A stretch of DNA of 64,000 bases from Alphaproteobacteria bacterium (lineage in GTDB: Bacteria; Pseudomonadota; Alphaproteobacteria; UBA9219), in the NCBI GenBank assembly GCA_013286365.1, contig JABDFY010000005.1:6364-70363 (forward strand). The letters are read 5' to 3'. This document shows, piece after piece, positions 47,401 through 55,537 of the stretch. The position numbers and the translations under genes were made by a program. Numbering within the stretch: the stretch's first letter is position 1; each line of letters begins with the position of its first letter. The notes under the pieces were generated by a model, which ran no database searches, had not been told where the DNA came from, and was given only the letters and a program-made list of their open reading frames with translations.

Positions 47401-49571
47401 GGAATAATTTCATTGATGACCATTGATACCGCTATATCCAGGCCTGCCGTCTCGAAGCTAGTGCCGAAGGTATCTCCAAACGTAGTAGCATCAGGCAAAG
47501 CGTTCGCCGATGAAACATTCGTGATCCCAAATTGCTCTAGCGTTGATTGGGCTAGCGCTGTGTCAGCCAGTTGGCTGGTTACTATATAGGCCGAGAGCTG
47601 TTGAGCCGTTGCCTGAAATGCAGCAGCACCAACGAGAGAGCCAAGCTGAGTTGGGATAAACCCCGTCAGTTTGGCAAGATCGGCACCGGCAATAGAGCCT
47701 AGAATGCCGCTCGCCATGTTACTGATCGAGGCTGCAACATCAGTCGCAAAATCTGGCGGGTTAGCCGTGGGCGTAATGGCCTGTTCGGCTGCATCAATGC
47801 CCGCTTTGATAAAAGCCTGGCTGACGACGGAGGCCGGAATGTTATGTGCGAAAGCGAAGTCAGAGACAATAATCCCTGCTACGGCATTAGCTATATATCC
47901 TCCCAATATTGTCGATTCAGCAGGATTGCCATCCAAGCTGGAGCCGAGGGAGGGCAATTGAAGACCGTCTGAATTGCTGAAATCAAGCTTGATCAGAAAG
48001 GCCCCTGTAATGGGGTCGTAATATGAAACTGAGGTGCCGTCTGCCGTGGTTGTGGTTTGCTGGGTTAAGATACCATTGTTGGTATTGACGACCTTTATGG
48101 AGTTGGTGCCATCGGCATTAGTATTATAGGTAGCATAAGAATTGCCTGAACTACTGACCTGTACACCGCCGACATTCTGGCCAGCAGCATTATTAATGGC
48201 GACGGTCGTACCATCCGATGAATTTGTGATATTGAAGGTTGAATTGGGGCTAGATGCATTAAGTGGAACGTTCACTAATCCTTGTCCTCCCGTGAGAACG
48301 AGCCACGCATTATTAGAAGTCGGATCAATCAGAATTTGTGGCGTCGATCCTGCCGTTGAGAAGTCCGATAAAGTGATATCCGGGCCGCTATTGCTAATAA
48401 CAGGTGATGCGCCATCAGGAATGACGAAATAATTACCGCCCGATAGAAATGTCATCTCAGAGCTGGCACTGGGTATAGACAAGACGCTGGTAGTGTCGGA
48501 CGTTGGATTGGTGAAAGCGGCAGAAACGCCGCCACCAGTCAACGGAGTGACGACAGGCTCATCATTTTTTCCGAAACCTACAACTTCCTTGTTGGCTGAT
48601 AATGTGCCGCCACTAGCATTAGTTTGCTCAATATAATTGGAGCTAGGATTTAGAAAATCTTGGACATTTAAAATTGCCGATGCCGCATTGCTGCCGTCAG
48701 CGGCAAGATCCAAACTTACGCCTGGCGCAAGATTATAAATGCTCGCACTACTTGGTTGCGCTAAGTAATCTTTGAAATCGATTTGTTGAGGGTTTGTCGG
48801 GCCCAAGAGAAACTGTTGTAAAGTAATACCTTCCTGTTGAATGTACTGATCAAGTTCTTGAAGGTTGTTTTGTGCGGCAGTGAGAGCTGTATGAAATGCT
48901 CCCGCCAACGAATCTTCCTGTAATCCAAGTACATGGGTATAAGTGATGCTAACGCTATCGGTAGCAAATGCGTCAGCTTGATTTTGTGTATAACCACGCA
49001 AAAGTAACGCGGAAAAATAGTCTTGAGTTGTTGAAAGTGCGATGAGGTGATAAGCATCGGCCAGCCCTTGTTCAGCAGGCGTAAGCTGGTCATAAAACGA
49101 GGTATCGGAAAAGCCAGTTGCAATGCCAGGAGCTGCGCCTGCCCAAGAGTACTGTGCAACCCCTAGTGCGGTGACACCTTTTTGTGCATCGACACTTTGA
49201 ATTTGTTGAAAATCTGGAATTACTCCGTTTCCGTTAATTATATCCGTAAAAAATGCTTTTGCTATACTATTGGATGAGTTCTGTTCTTGGGGGCCAAAGA
49301 GGTTGATTATTTCACCAAGTTGATCAAGGACAGCAGCTTGGTTAACGGCGCGAATAGCGACAGCATCAAATGTTGAAGCCCCCGAATTTACGTCATAAGC
49401 GATGCTTATCCAATTTAATATCTGCTGGTCAGCAGGGCTTGGGTTTGGGTTTTGTGTCTTCAAGTCTTGAAGCACCGCATTATATCCAACCGCATAATTA
49501 GGAAGATTAGGATTATTCCTGAGTTGATTAAGTAATAAGAGCGTATTTGCTGATATTTGCATATTAACCAC
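44493..49571 (-). CDS. giant (1692 aa) Gly/Asn/Thr/Ser-rich repeat protein, probable beta-helical surface/secreted protein without N-terminal signal peptide
   Basis: Tandem about 50-aa repeats (NFV.G....L.G.N.L.L.G.GVNL...G...T.G.NGDPGGG.G); no Sec signal (MVNMQISANTLLLLNQ...); start overlaps upstream 227-aa secreted-protein gene by 8 nt. Confidence 0.55.
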   Translation of the reverse strand: MVNMQISANTLLLLNQLRNNPNLPNYAVGYNAVLQDLKTQNPNPSPADQQILNWISIAYDVNSGASTFDAVAIRAVNQAAVLDQLGEIINLFGPQEQNSSNSIAKAFFTDIINGNGVIPDFQQIQSVDAQKGVTALGVAQYSWAGAAPGIATGFSDTSFYDQLTPAEQGLADAYHLIALSTTQDYFSALLLRGYTQNQADAFATDSVSITYTHVLGLQEDSLAGAFHTALTAAQNNLQELDQYIQQEGITLQQFLLGPTNPQQIDFKDYLAQPSSASIYNLAPGVSLDLAADGSNAASAILNVQDFLNPSSNYIEQTNASGGTLSANKEVVGFGKNDEPVVTPLTGGGVSAAFTNPTSDTTSVLSIPSASSEMTFLSGGNYFVIPDGASPVISNSGPDITLSDFSTAGSTPQILIDPTSNNAWLVLTGGQGLVNVPLNASSPNSTFNITNSSDGTTVAINNAAGQNVGGVQVSSSGNSYATYNTNADGTNSIKVVNTNNGILTQQTTTTADGTSVSYYDPITGAFLIKLDFSNSDGLQLPSLGSSLDGNPAESTILGGYIANAVAGIIVSDFAFAHNIPASVVSQAFIKAGIDAAEQAITPTANPPDFATDVAASISNMASGILGSIAGADLAKLTGFIPTQLGSLVGAAAFQATAQQLSAYIVTSQLADTALAQSTLEQFGITNVSSANALPDATTFGDTFGTSFETAGLDIAVSMVINEIIPSNNTAAEVGGSLGAAIGSYWGPIASAVGEAIGTLAGDALNAFENFIGGGSVPTVGPNAVAQVGINAENVSIEFKETFDNGGNVGGPNSDLQTAINMGNDFTTMFNDIIKSTGGTVIGWGPSSVYSFGVFKDKLFFAPGDIAPGYAPPQDAGFTNATDCIDAAVMNWLQNITIIGGNPIVMYAFNQSLDGSLANLITNVDAASIYSQYVADPLGYLAAVTTSSDPNALSTFMNALSQAQAIGLDQVTMTGPHNLSISESLANMISGIPTDQKLAAEGVSLAVSLTDPGTPTVVFTSAQMTEYAKFVQGEVVSPLEIMLKDSENTATVSNVDFEIAPGVVNETINGANDKISIGYGSSVIVWATGLSHNTITGNSDILMLAGNGDTATLDYSTINCPAGSLNQMIYGNNDLFLVGTGIGASLVGNYNTVGSNGDPGGGVGANILIDGSYTTVDLSNCALNFVRGSAFDTVYGGSDLILTGPGVNLAAYGTGFTIGVNGDPSGGGGTTIVASGPNITTSESNATIAYNAGSKNAWINGGGNYITFGANVSSTVVGPNNLITGGNGDYPMVAGKGNIVNLSNSTINFVAGDANNILVGSNNLVLVGTGVNLTIIGNNNTIGRNGDPGGGTGVQLSIMGTGNNIELPNPSVTYSSDLLVSTSPGAVITATAPGQTLIADASSTTMYGYVGGNTTFQFNSALSPITINNYTPTSDVIDITNFAPTTATVTASLVAGNQTLFSLSNTVGQSTSFYINGNFTAGSYVLSSDGVSGTYMVDPPKPAAVAQAVTEQTTLAPNEVSVKLVSSGVNNPTLSFNKVAAAVTVNTVAGTATYVEAGKTYIDQIRGFKTFIDAPKQTLIAANAGTTLNGSSGDTLIGSTIGSTTFQVTSDVANLIIENLAKPGSLIDIKNFPLFSTAFNFKENAADTAGTITLHNSSAGTDTIIVPGSYPGSFGLSSDGHSGTEVVYHALTPG

Positions 49572-50247
49572 CAGCTTTAATTGATTTTATGAATTGACTG
49601 ATGTTTGCCCGAATATCCTCCCAATGAGGCATTAGGGAGTCATTAAAATCGCACAGCAGAGTAACTCCTGGTGTTAAATCAAAATAAGTTTGACACCTTC
49701 TGGCTGCAGGATCTTTCTCCTTCGCGCATTCGACAGCGATGTTTTCCTTCGTAGTACCGTCAGCTATATAATAAATATCTTCGGCACCGCTAAGAGTGTA
49801 ATGTTTTGAAATAAACAGCCCATAACGTTTATCATGTTCGGAAATACCTTTTTCTGCTGCAATAACATTATCGGCGATATAAGACGCGTGCGAAAATAAT
49901 TTAGTGCTTTTTAGTTCTATAATGTTTGGTGAATGCCAGCGTTTGCGGTAGACAAACTCATCTATTGTCTTCTCGGTCGCTCCATTGAAGTCGGGGAAGT
50001 GTATTACTGCTTGAAAGAACACCGTACCGTCGGAACTATAGATTGCTGTTTCAAGATAATTTCTTGGAATATTAAGTACTGCACCATTGATGTGAATGGT
50101 AACTAAATGTGTTTCTACTGACGGGGTGTAAACAATGTATTTTTCTGAAACCGAGTCGGCTTCTGCATAGACTGGATGCGATCCCAGTAGGCAAACGCAC
50201 GATATGAGAAAAATAATCTTTGAAAGATAAAGTTTAGATAGTTTCAT
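49564..50247 (-). CDS. secreted hypothetical protein co-transcribed with the giant repeat protein
   Basis: Signal peptide MKLSKLYLSKIIFLISCVCLLGSHPVYA; 227 aa. Confidence 0.45.
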   Translation of the reverse strand: MKLSKLYLSKIIFLISCVCLLGSHPVYAEADSVSEKYIVYTPSVETHLVTIHINGAVLNIPRNYLETAIYSSDGTVFFQAVIHFPDFNGATEKTIDEFVYRKRWHSPNIIELKSTKLFSHASYIADNVIAAEKGISEHDKRYGLFISKHYTLSGAEDIYYIADGTTKENIAVECAKEKDPAARRCQTYFDLTPGVTLLCDFNDSLMPHWEDIRANISQFIKSIKAGG

Positions 50248-50474
50248 TTCACTTCTCTTTGTTTACCTTGTTTTGTCCAGCTTCGGGTCCTCAGTGGGCA
50301 AGGCGCGGAGAATAAATTCGCAGAGAATATAGTTATGAGCCGCAAACATCATATGCCTTTGCGCCTTTATTGTCATCAGAACGGACATAGAACAAACCAA
50401 ATTTTGTTAAATGATAGGCCTTTGTTTGCCGATAAACAGTAATAAGCCATTGGATTCAGGAGACAATGCATCGG

Positions 50475-50834
50475 CTATTTTTCTCCCAATACGACCCTAT
50501 GCGCCCTAGCAAGTACGACCCCTGTTTCCTGTTCGGCCTCCCAAGAAAGACCCTTACTATTGAGGCAGAGCTCTAAGGCATTAGTCAGGTCAGCAATAAG
50601 TTTTTGGTGCTTTTCATAATCGTTTACAGCACTGACAATAAGTTCTGCGTTGGCATGAGCATCCACAAATTCCGTTTGATGTGTTTCTGCGATGACCTCT
50701 AATCGGTTATTCTTCTCTACATAGGCTTCAATATCAGAACCACTTGCATGGTGATGGCAAATCCAGCGTGGCGACGTAGATTGGACAGGTGCATTGTGCG
50801 CAACGCGCTTAGTCTTTTTGTTTGTTCTTGTCAT
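50475..50834 (-). CDS. hypothetical protein (second gene of coupled small pair)
   Basis: MTRTNKKTKRVAHNAP...; ATG overlaps the stop of the 50831-51073 gene (ATGA). ORF-track start 50912 is an upstream extension. Confidence 0.3.
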   Translation of the reverse strand: MTRTNKKTKRVAHNAPVQSTSPRWICHHHASGSDIEAYVEKNNRLEVIAETHQTEFVDAHANAELIVSAVNDYEKHQKLIADLTNALELCLNSKGLSWEAEQETGVVLARAHRVVLGEK

Positions 50835-51073
50835 TTCGCCGCTCTTTTCATGCTCTCTTTGCCTGGAGCATCCATTATGAGCGCTGCCGATGCCTCTTTT
50901 GCTTTTGACCAACGTTGGTTGATCTCATCGCGGGTGAAACCACGGGCTTCAAGGTCGTGCGGAAGACAACCACCTTTGTCTTCGATGATTTCAGCGATGA
51001 CTGTCGCCATACGTAGAAGGCGCGGCTCAAGTTTTTCTACATGGTCATTGTTGGCCATAGCGACAATTTTCAT
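50831..51073 (-). CDS. small hypothetical protein (first gene of coupled pair)
   Basis: 80 aa, charged/helical. Confidence 0.3.
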   Translation of the reverse strand: MKIVAMANNDHVEKLEPRLLRMATVIAEIIEDKGGCLPHDLEARGFTRDEINQRWSKAKEASAALIMDAPGKESMKRAAK

Positions 51074-51307
51074 GTAATAGAAATCCTGCAGTAAATTTCA
51101 TTGCCTGTTTTCGTCTTGCGGCAAATGCCCATATTCAATCAATCAAAGCAACAAGAGTATTTGGAGGTTTGAGCAAGCGCGGATGATGGATTCATCCAAA
51201 ACAAGTGAAGTTGTTTGTTCCCACCACGCTTTCTTGCTCTTTACTCCTCAATTATCGTTGAGCGATCCATGTAAAATATATTCATGGTCAAAAAAAGTGT
51301 TGCCTGC

Positions 51308-51967
51308 CTATAAATGAAATGGAGAAGCAGTATCCCAAAGTAAAAAGAAATTGCTTCTGTAAGCTTGCGCTAGGCTCGACATGTCAAATACAACGAATTT
51401 AAAGGTTGAATTGACCTGCTCCATAATGATTGCGTGTTTGCCGCCGTACGTGAAAAATGAAATGGGGCCAATATGTTGTTTCGGAATTATCCGGAGTTGC
51501 AGCTGTGGAACAAGCAATGAGCGTTCTGGAACAGAGGACAAGAGGCATTTAATGGAAGAAAACTCACCTAATTGCTCAAAGCTGTCGTGAGCTGCCAGAC
51601 ATAATTGTTGCATTATTTCTGGCGACTTGAATAAAGCAATGACTTCATTGCCATCTTCCTTGATAGTCTGGAACACATCTTCAAAGAACAAGTCACAACT
51701 GTCCGGCCCCTGATAAACTTTGACCTCATCTAAGCGGCGTCTTATGCCTTCTGGTTCGATAAACTCCAATCCGGCATTTTCGATTGCTTTGCGAATTTCG
51801 TTGGCTGTTGTGCTGCGCGGTGACATACCGCCCGACTCCATATTGCGGACAGTCGTGACGGACAAGCCTGATATGGTCGCTAAATCATCCTGCGACCAAT
51901 CAAGAAGCGCTCTTGCTGCTTTAATTTGTCCTGAGCGTACTGGGTACATCTGATATATATTCTTCAA
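51308..51967 (-). CDS. XRE-family HTH regulator with about 130-aa C-terminal domain (paralog family member)
   Basis: IKAARALLDWSQDDLATISGLSVTTVRNMESG HTH_3 motif; C-terminal domain paralogous to that of 52662-53357 product. Confidence 0.5.
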   Translation of the reverse strand: MKNIYQMYPVRSGQIKAARALLDWSQDDLATISGLSVTTVRNMESGGMSPRSTTANEIRKAIENAGLEFIEPEGIRRRLDEVKVYQGPDSCDLFFEDVFQTIKEDGNEVIALFKSPEIMQQLCLAAHDSFEQLGEFSSIKCLLSSVPERSLLVPQLQLRIIPKQHIGPISFFTYGGKHAIIMEQVNSTFKFVVFDMSSLAQAYRSNFFLLWDTASPFHL

Positions 51968-52148
51968 GGGTTTGTACGGCTAAATTGACATTGTTTAAAG
52001 CTTCAAGCGCCCGTTTTAAGCGAGTCTCTTCATCCATATGAGTGATGTAATCTTTTATCCTGGCGAGCTTTTCTATGGTCAGAAGCAGATCAAATGCCTG
52101 ATTGCTGCCAAAACGCCTGACGAGATCATTGTAAGTTAATTGATCCAT
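51921..52148 (-). CDS. small hypothetical protein
   Basis: 75 aa, helical; upstream of and overlapping the HTH regulator. Confidence 0.3.
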   Translation of the reverse strand: MDQLTYNDLVRRFGSNQAFDLLLTIEKLARIKDYITHMDEETRLKRALEALNNVNLAVQTLEEYISDVPSTLRTN

Positions 52149-52154
52149 GACGCT

Positions 52155-52331
52155 TTTTCTCAGGCCGCTGCGTATTGCTGTTGCAAGTTGTCTTGCATTA
52201 GAACGGCCCAGCGTTCCTCTAAAGGAATAGCCATGTTGTAACGAATACCCTCGCTGCGCTCAATTCGCTCGACGATGTCTTGAACCCAGCTTTCGCCATG
52301 GCGAGCTACAAATTTTTCAAATTCCAGCATG
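52155..52331 (-). CDS. small hypothetical protein (58 aa), below ORF-track cutoff
   Basis: Hand-translated: MLEFEKFVARHGESWVQDIVERIERSEGIRYNMAIPLEERWAVLMQDNLQQQYAAA; stop overlaps start of 51921-52148. Confidence 0.25.
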
Positions 52332-52538
52332 TGTGTGCTCCTAAATGCTCGTGCGACTGAATGTGCTTTCCGTTCGAAATATGCGCTAAACGCTTGATTC
52401 TCTTATTTTTAGCTCTCAAAAATGGGTAACTATCGATATTGTGAAGGGAATATAGCGACTAAAATTGTTGAAAGCAATGATAAAACATGCATTTTTACGA
52501 TCATAATTATTCAATCTATTAAATATGTATGGACAAAC

Positions 52539-52564
52539 CATGCATAATACCTGATAAATGCATG
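52539..52564. promoter_or_regulatory. perfect inverted repeat CATGCAT-N12-ATGCATG in divergent promoter region between two XRE-HTH paralogs
   Basis: ccATGCATaatacctgataaATGCATgt; a third ATGCAT at 52486-52491; AT-rich 330-bp intergenic region. Confidence 0.35.
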
Positions 52565-52661
52565 TTGTTACCCATACTATGTTTAACAATGTATAAAATA
52601 AACATGACGTATGTATTCACTCGGAGTAATAACCCGTAAGAAAGCAAGTTAAGGAGTCGGT

Positions 52662-53357
52662 ATGTCCATTGGACGTCAAATAGGCGCAGCACGCGGTCTG
52701 CTTCGATGGTCGGGTGCCGTGTTGGCTGAAAAAGCGGGGCTGACACGCGATACGATTAATAAAATCGAATCCGATGCCGTGCAACCGCGCGAAGGCACTA
52801 TTGCCGACATTATACGCGTCTTTGATGAGAACGGCGTTGAGTTTACGGAAAATTCCGGCGTTCGTATGAAACCCCAAGGCATTGAAGTTTTAATCGGTCA
52901 AGAAGGTCTTCAACGGTTTTTTGACGGCGTTTACGAATACGCCAAAAAACATGGCGGAACGATTATGCAGCTTGGTATTGACGAGAATCTATTCTGGGCC
53001 ATGGGTGTTGAATTTTCGAATGCTCACAGAAAACGCATGACTGAATTAGTGAAAGAGAGAAAAGACATTAAAGTTCTGGCGATTATCTGCGAAGGAGACA
53101 CAAATTTTGTTGCCTCCGATTACAACCATTATCGCTGGATATCTAAGGAACTCTTCGCCGCCGTGCCTTTCTACATATATGGTGAGTGTCTAGCGATTAT
53201 GAATTTCCAAACTGTACCGGCCCCGACAATCGTTTTGCACAAGTTTCCGGCTATAACAAATGCCTATCGCAAGCAATTTGAAGCCATGTGGAATTTGTCA
53301 CGTGAACCCGATGTATCGCAAAACGCAAAGTCACCACAAACTGCCAGGAAGAAGTAA
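52662..53357 (+). CDS. XRE-family HTH regulator with C-terminal domain (paralog family member)
   Basis: IGAARGLLRWSGAVLAEKAGLTRDTINKIES HTH_3 motif; stop overlaps start of the methyltransferase gene (TAAATG). Confidence 0.5.
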   Translation: MSIGRQIGAARGLLRWSGAVLAEKAGLTRDTINKIESDAVQPREGTIADIIRVFDENGVEFTENSGVRMKPQGIEVLIGQEGLQRFFDGVYEYAKKHGGTIMQLGIDENLFWAMGVEFSNAHRKRMTELVKERKDIKVLAIICEGDTNFVASDYNHYRWISKELFAAVPFYIYGECLAIMNFQTVPAPTIVLHKFPAITNAYRKQFEAMWNLSREPDVSQNAKSPQTARKK

Positions 53358-54179
53358 ATGACCGCCTTACAAGTTCTGCGAGACGCCCCTTATGACTATG
53401 CAACTGCCGTATCCGTGGCCGTCGAAGCGGCTGATTTTGAGAGAGAATTCAATTGTCCAGAGGAATCACAGCGATACGCCATTGCTTTAGAACATCTGGT
53501 CTTCAGCAGACTTCGCAATGGTCATTCTAGTCCGAATATAGACGAATTTGGTTCAGGCACAGGTGAGCCCGTTATACAGGCTATCCGAAATTCAAGATTT
53601 TCAGGCATCGTTCACGGATATGAAATAAATCCAGACGCTTCCGAAACAGCAAAACGGCATATTGAAGAAAGCGGACTCGCTCAAAGATATGTTGTTCACA
53701 CCGCATCATTCTTTGAGAGTAAGCACTCGCAATCCGACTATTTGATAGCAAATCCGCCCTATCTCCCTTGCATAGAAGCAGACAGAAAACGACTTATTCT
53801 TTCAGATTTATGCGGCGGGAAAGAAGGAACCCATGTAAGTGAACAGTTATTATCAAGCGGTTATCTAAACGTCTTTCTTGAGGTATCGAGTTACTCAAAT
53901 CCAGTTGCTTTGATTAAATATGCCCAACAAAGAGGATATAGAATATCTGATTTTATGGTCGTGCCTTTGGAATTCGGCGTTTATAGCAATCAAGATTTCG
54001 TTAAAGAAAGAATTCTCAAAATGAGAGAAGCCGGAAGAGCATTTTGTTCGGACAGCCATTATCTCGTTGGAAGTGCGCTTTTTACAAAAGGAGCTAACGA
54101 GAAACTAGATTTATCACCCAACTTTTTAGCTGCTTTGACTTCTATAGGTCGTCCAGGCGCAAGAGCGCCAATCCTTTAA
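53358..54179 (+). CDS. class I SAM-dependent methyltransferase with NPPY motif (HemK/PrmC-like or N6-adenine MTase-like)
   Basis: Motif I DEFGSGTGE, motif IV LIANPPYLP; 273 aa. Confidence 0.6.
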   Translation: MTALQVLRDAPYDYATAVSVAVEAADFEREFNCPEESQRYAIALEHLVFSRLRNGHSSPNIDEFGSGTGEPVIQAIRNSRFSGIVHGYEINPDASETAKRHIEESGLAQRYVVHTASFFESKHSQSDYLIANPPYLPCIEADRKRLILSDLCGGKEGTHVSEQLLSSGYLNVFLEVSSYSNPVALIKYAQQRGYRISDFMVVPLEFGVYSNQDFVKERILKMREAGRAFCSDSHYLVGSALFTKGANEKLDLSPNFLAALTSIGRPGARAPIL

Positions 54180-54195
54180 ATACTGCCAGAATTAA

Positions 54196-55335
54196 ATGAC
54201 CAAAAAAATACTCCTTCTGCCCGGCGATGGCATTGGCCCCGAAGTAATGGCGGAAGTACGCCGTGTGCTTGATTGGTTTAATGAAAAGTATGGCTTGCCG
54301 CTCGAGATGAGTGAAGACCTCGTTGGCGGCGTTGCTTATGACCGTCATGGTGTGCCACTGGCAAGCACTACCTTGGCGGCTGCTCAGGCGGCTGATGCGG
54401 TTCTGCTTGGTGCGGTTGGGGGCCCTAAATGGAAGAATGTTGGTTACGATAAAAGACCCGAAGCGGCATTACTGGCATTACGTAAAGAGTTAAATCTTTT
54501 TGCCAATTTGCGACCCGCACTTGCTTTTGATGCGTTGCTCGATAGTTCCCCTGTAAAGCCTGAAATCATACGCGGTCTCGATCTCTTGATAGTTCGGGAG
54601 CTGATAGGCGGGGTTTATTTTGGGGAGCCAAGCGGCATTACCGATATCGGAAATGGTCAAAGACGCGGTGTAAATACACAAGTTTATACAACTTCTGAGA
54701 TTCACCGTATTGCACGTGTTGCGTTCGAACAGGCCCGTCAACGCAGTAATAAGGTCTGCTTATGCGATAAGAGCAATGTCATGGTAAGCGGGCTGCTATG
54801 GCGTGAGGAAGTCGCTAAGCTTCACGAGGCTGAATATAGCGATGTCGAACTTTCGTATATATATGCCGATACATGCGCCATGCAACTAATGGGTAACCCG
54901 AAACAGTTTGATGTTCTCCTTACAGATAATCTGTTTGGGGATATTCTATCGGACGAAGCCGCAATGCTAACGGGCTCAATTGGAATGTTGCCCTCAGCCT
55001 CTCTTGGGGCAGCTGATACCAAGGGCCAGCGCAAAGCTATGTACGAACCGGCGCATGGCTCGGCACCTGATATAGCAGGTAAGAATATAGCTAATCCTCT
55101 AGCGAGTATTTTAAGCGCGGCAATGATGTTCCGTTACTCGTTCGGCTGGACTGAAGAAGCGGCCATGATTGAAACTGGGGTTCGCTCGGTTCTCGATGCT
55201 GGAATCCGTACTGCTGATATTGCAGCCCCAGGCAAAAAGCCTATAGGCACCAAGGCAATGGGAGATGCGGTTTTACAGGCGCTGAACACTTCTTATTCGA
55301 GTGCCCGTGTAACTCAGAAGGCCGCATTGGCCTAA
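54196..55335 (+). CDS. leuB: 3-isopropylmalate dehydrogenase
   Basis: Strong match along full length to LeuB ([87 protein letters not shown]). Confidence 0.92.
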   Translation: MTKKILLLPGDGIGPEVMAEVRRVLDWFNEKYGLPLEMSEDLVGGVAYDRHGVPLASTTLAAAQAADAVLLGAVGGPKWKNVGYDKRPEAALLALRKELNLFANLRPALAFDALLDSSPVKPEIIRGLDLLIVRELIGGVYFGEPSGITDIGNGQRRGVNTQVYTTSEIHRIARVAFEQARQRSNKVCLCDKSNVMVSGLLWREEVAKLHEAEYSDVELSYIYADTCAMQLMGNPKQFDVLLTDNLFGDILSDEAAMLTGSIGMLPSASLGAADTKGQRKAMYEPAHGSAPDIAGKNIANPLASILSAAMMFRYSFGWTEEAAMIETGVRSVLDAGIRTADIAAPGKKPIGTKAMGDAVLQALNTSYSSARVTQKAALA

Positions 55336-55490
55336 TGAATTACGCCGCATCTCACCGGCTGAGCAAACTACGGCGATATATTACGTAGCATTCTCACTCG
55401 TGGCTCGTCGCATAACAAGCAGTAAGGCGACGACCCAGCTAAACATCCGCAGCCTTATTCCATAAAGATAAATCATAATTTTCCACTTAA

Positions 55491-55523
55491 CCCGTTCGGC
55501 ATTGCCCGCAACGGGTTTTTTTA
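55491..55523 (+). terminator. rho-independent terminator-like hairpin after leuB
   Basis: CCCGTTCGG-cattgc-CCGcAACGGG followed by TTTTTTT. Confidence 0.4.
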
Positions 55524-55537
55524 CATGGAGAAATGTA

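Noticed and set aside
44527-48432. Plus-strand ORFs within the giant minus-strand gene (44527-44889, 47077-47589, 47671-47961, 48142-48432 etc.)
   Set aside because: Shadow ORFs of a low-complexity, codon-biased repeat gene; Pro/Ala-rich translations typical of antisense GC-rich frames.
44493-49571. RTX (T1SS) toxin identity for the giant repeat protein
   Set aside because: The repeats (G.NGDPGGG.G within about 50-aa units) do not conform to the GGxGxDxUx calcium-binding nonapeptide, and no T1SS genes are in the window; kept as generic beta-helix-like repeat protein.
52332-52661. Small RNA gene in the long AT-rich divergent intergenic region
   Set aside because: The region is better explained as a shared promoter/operator region (palindromes, AT-rich -10-like hexamers); no terminator-bounded structured segment noticed.
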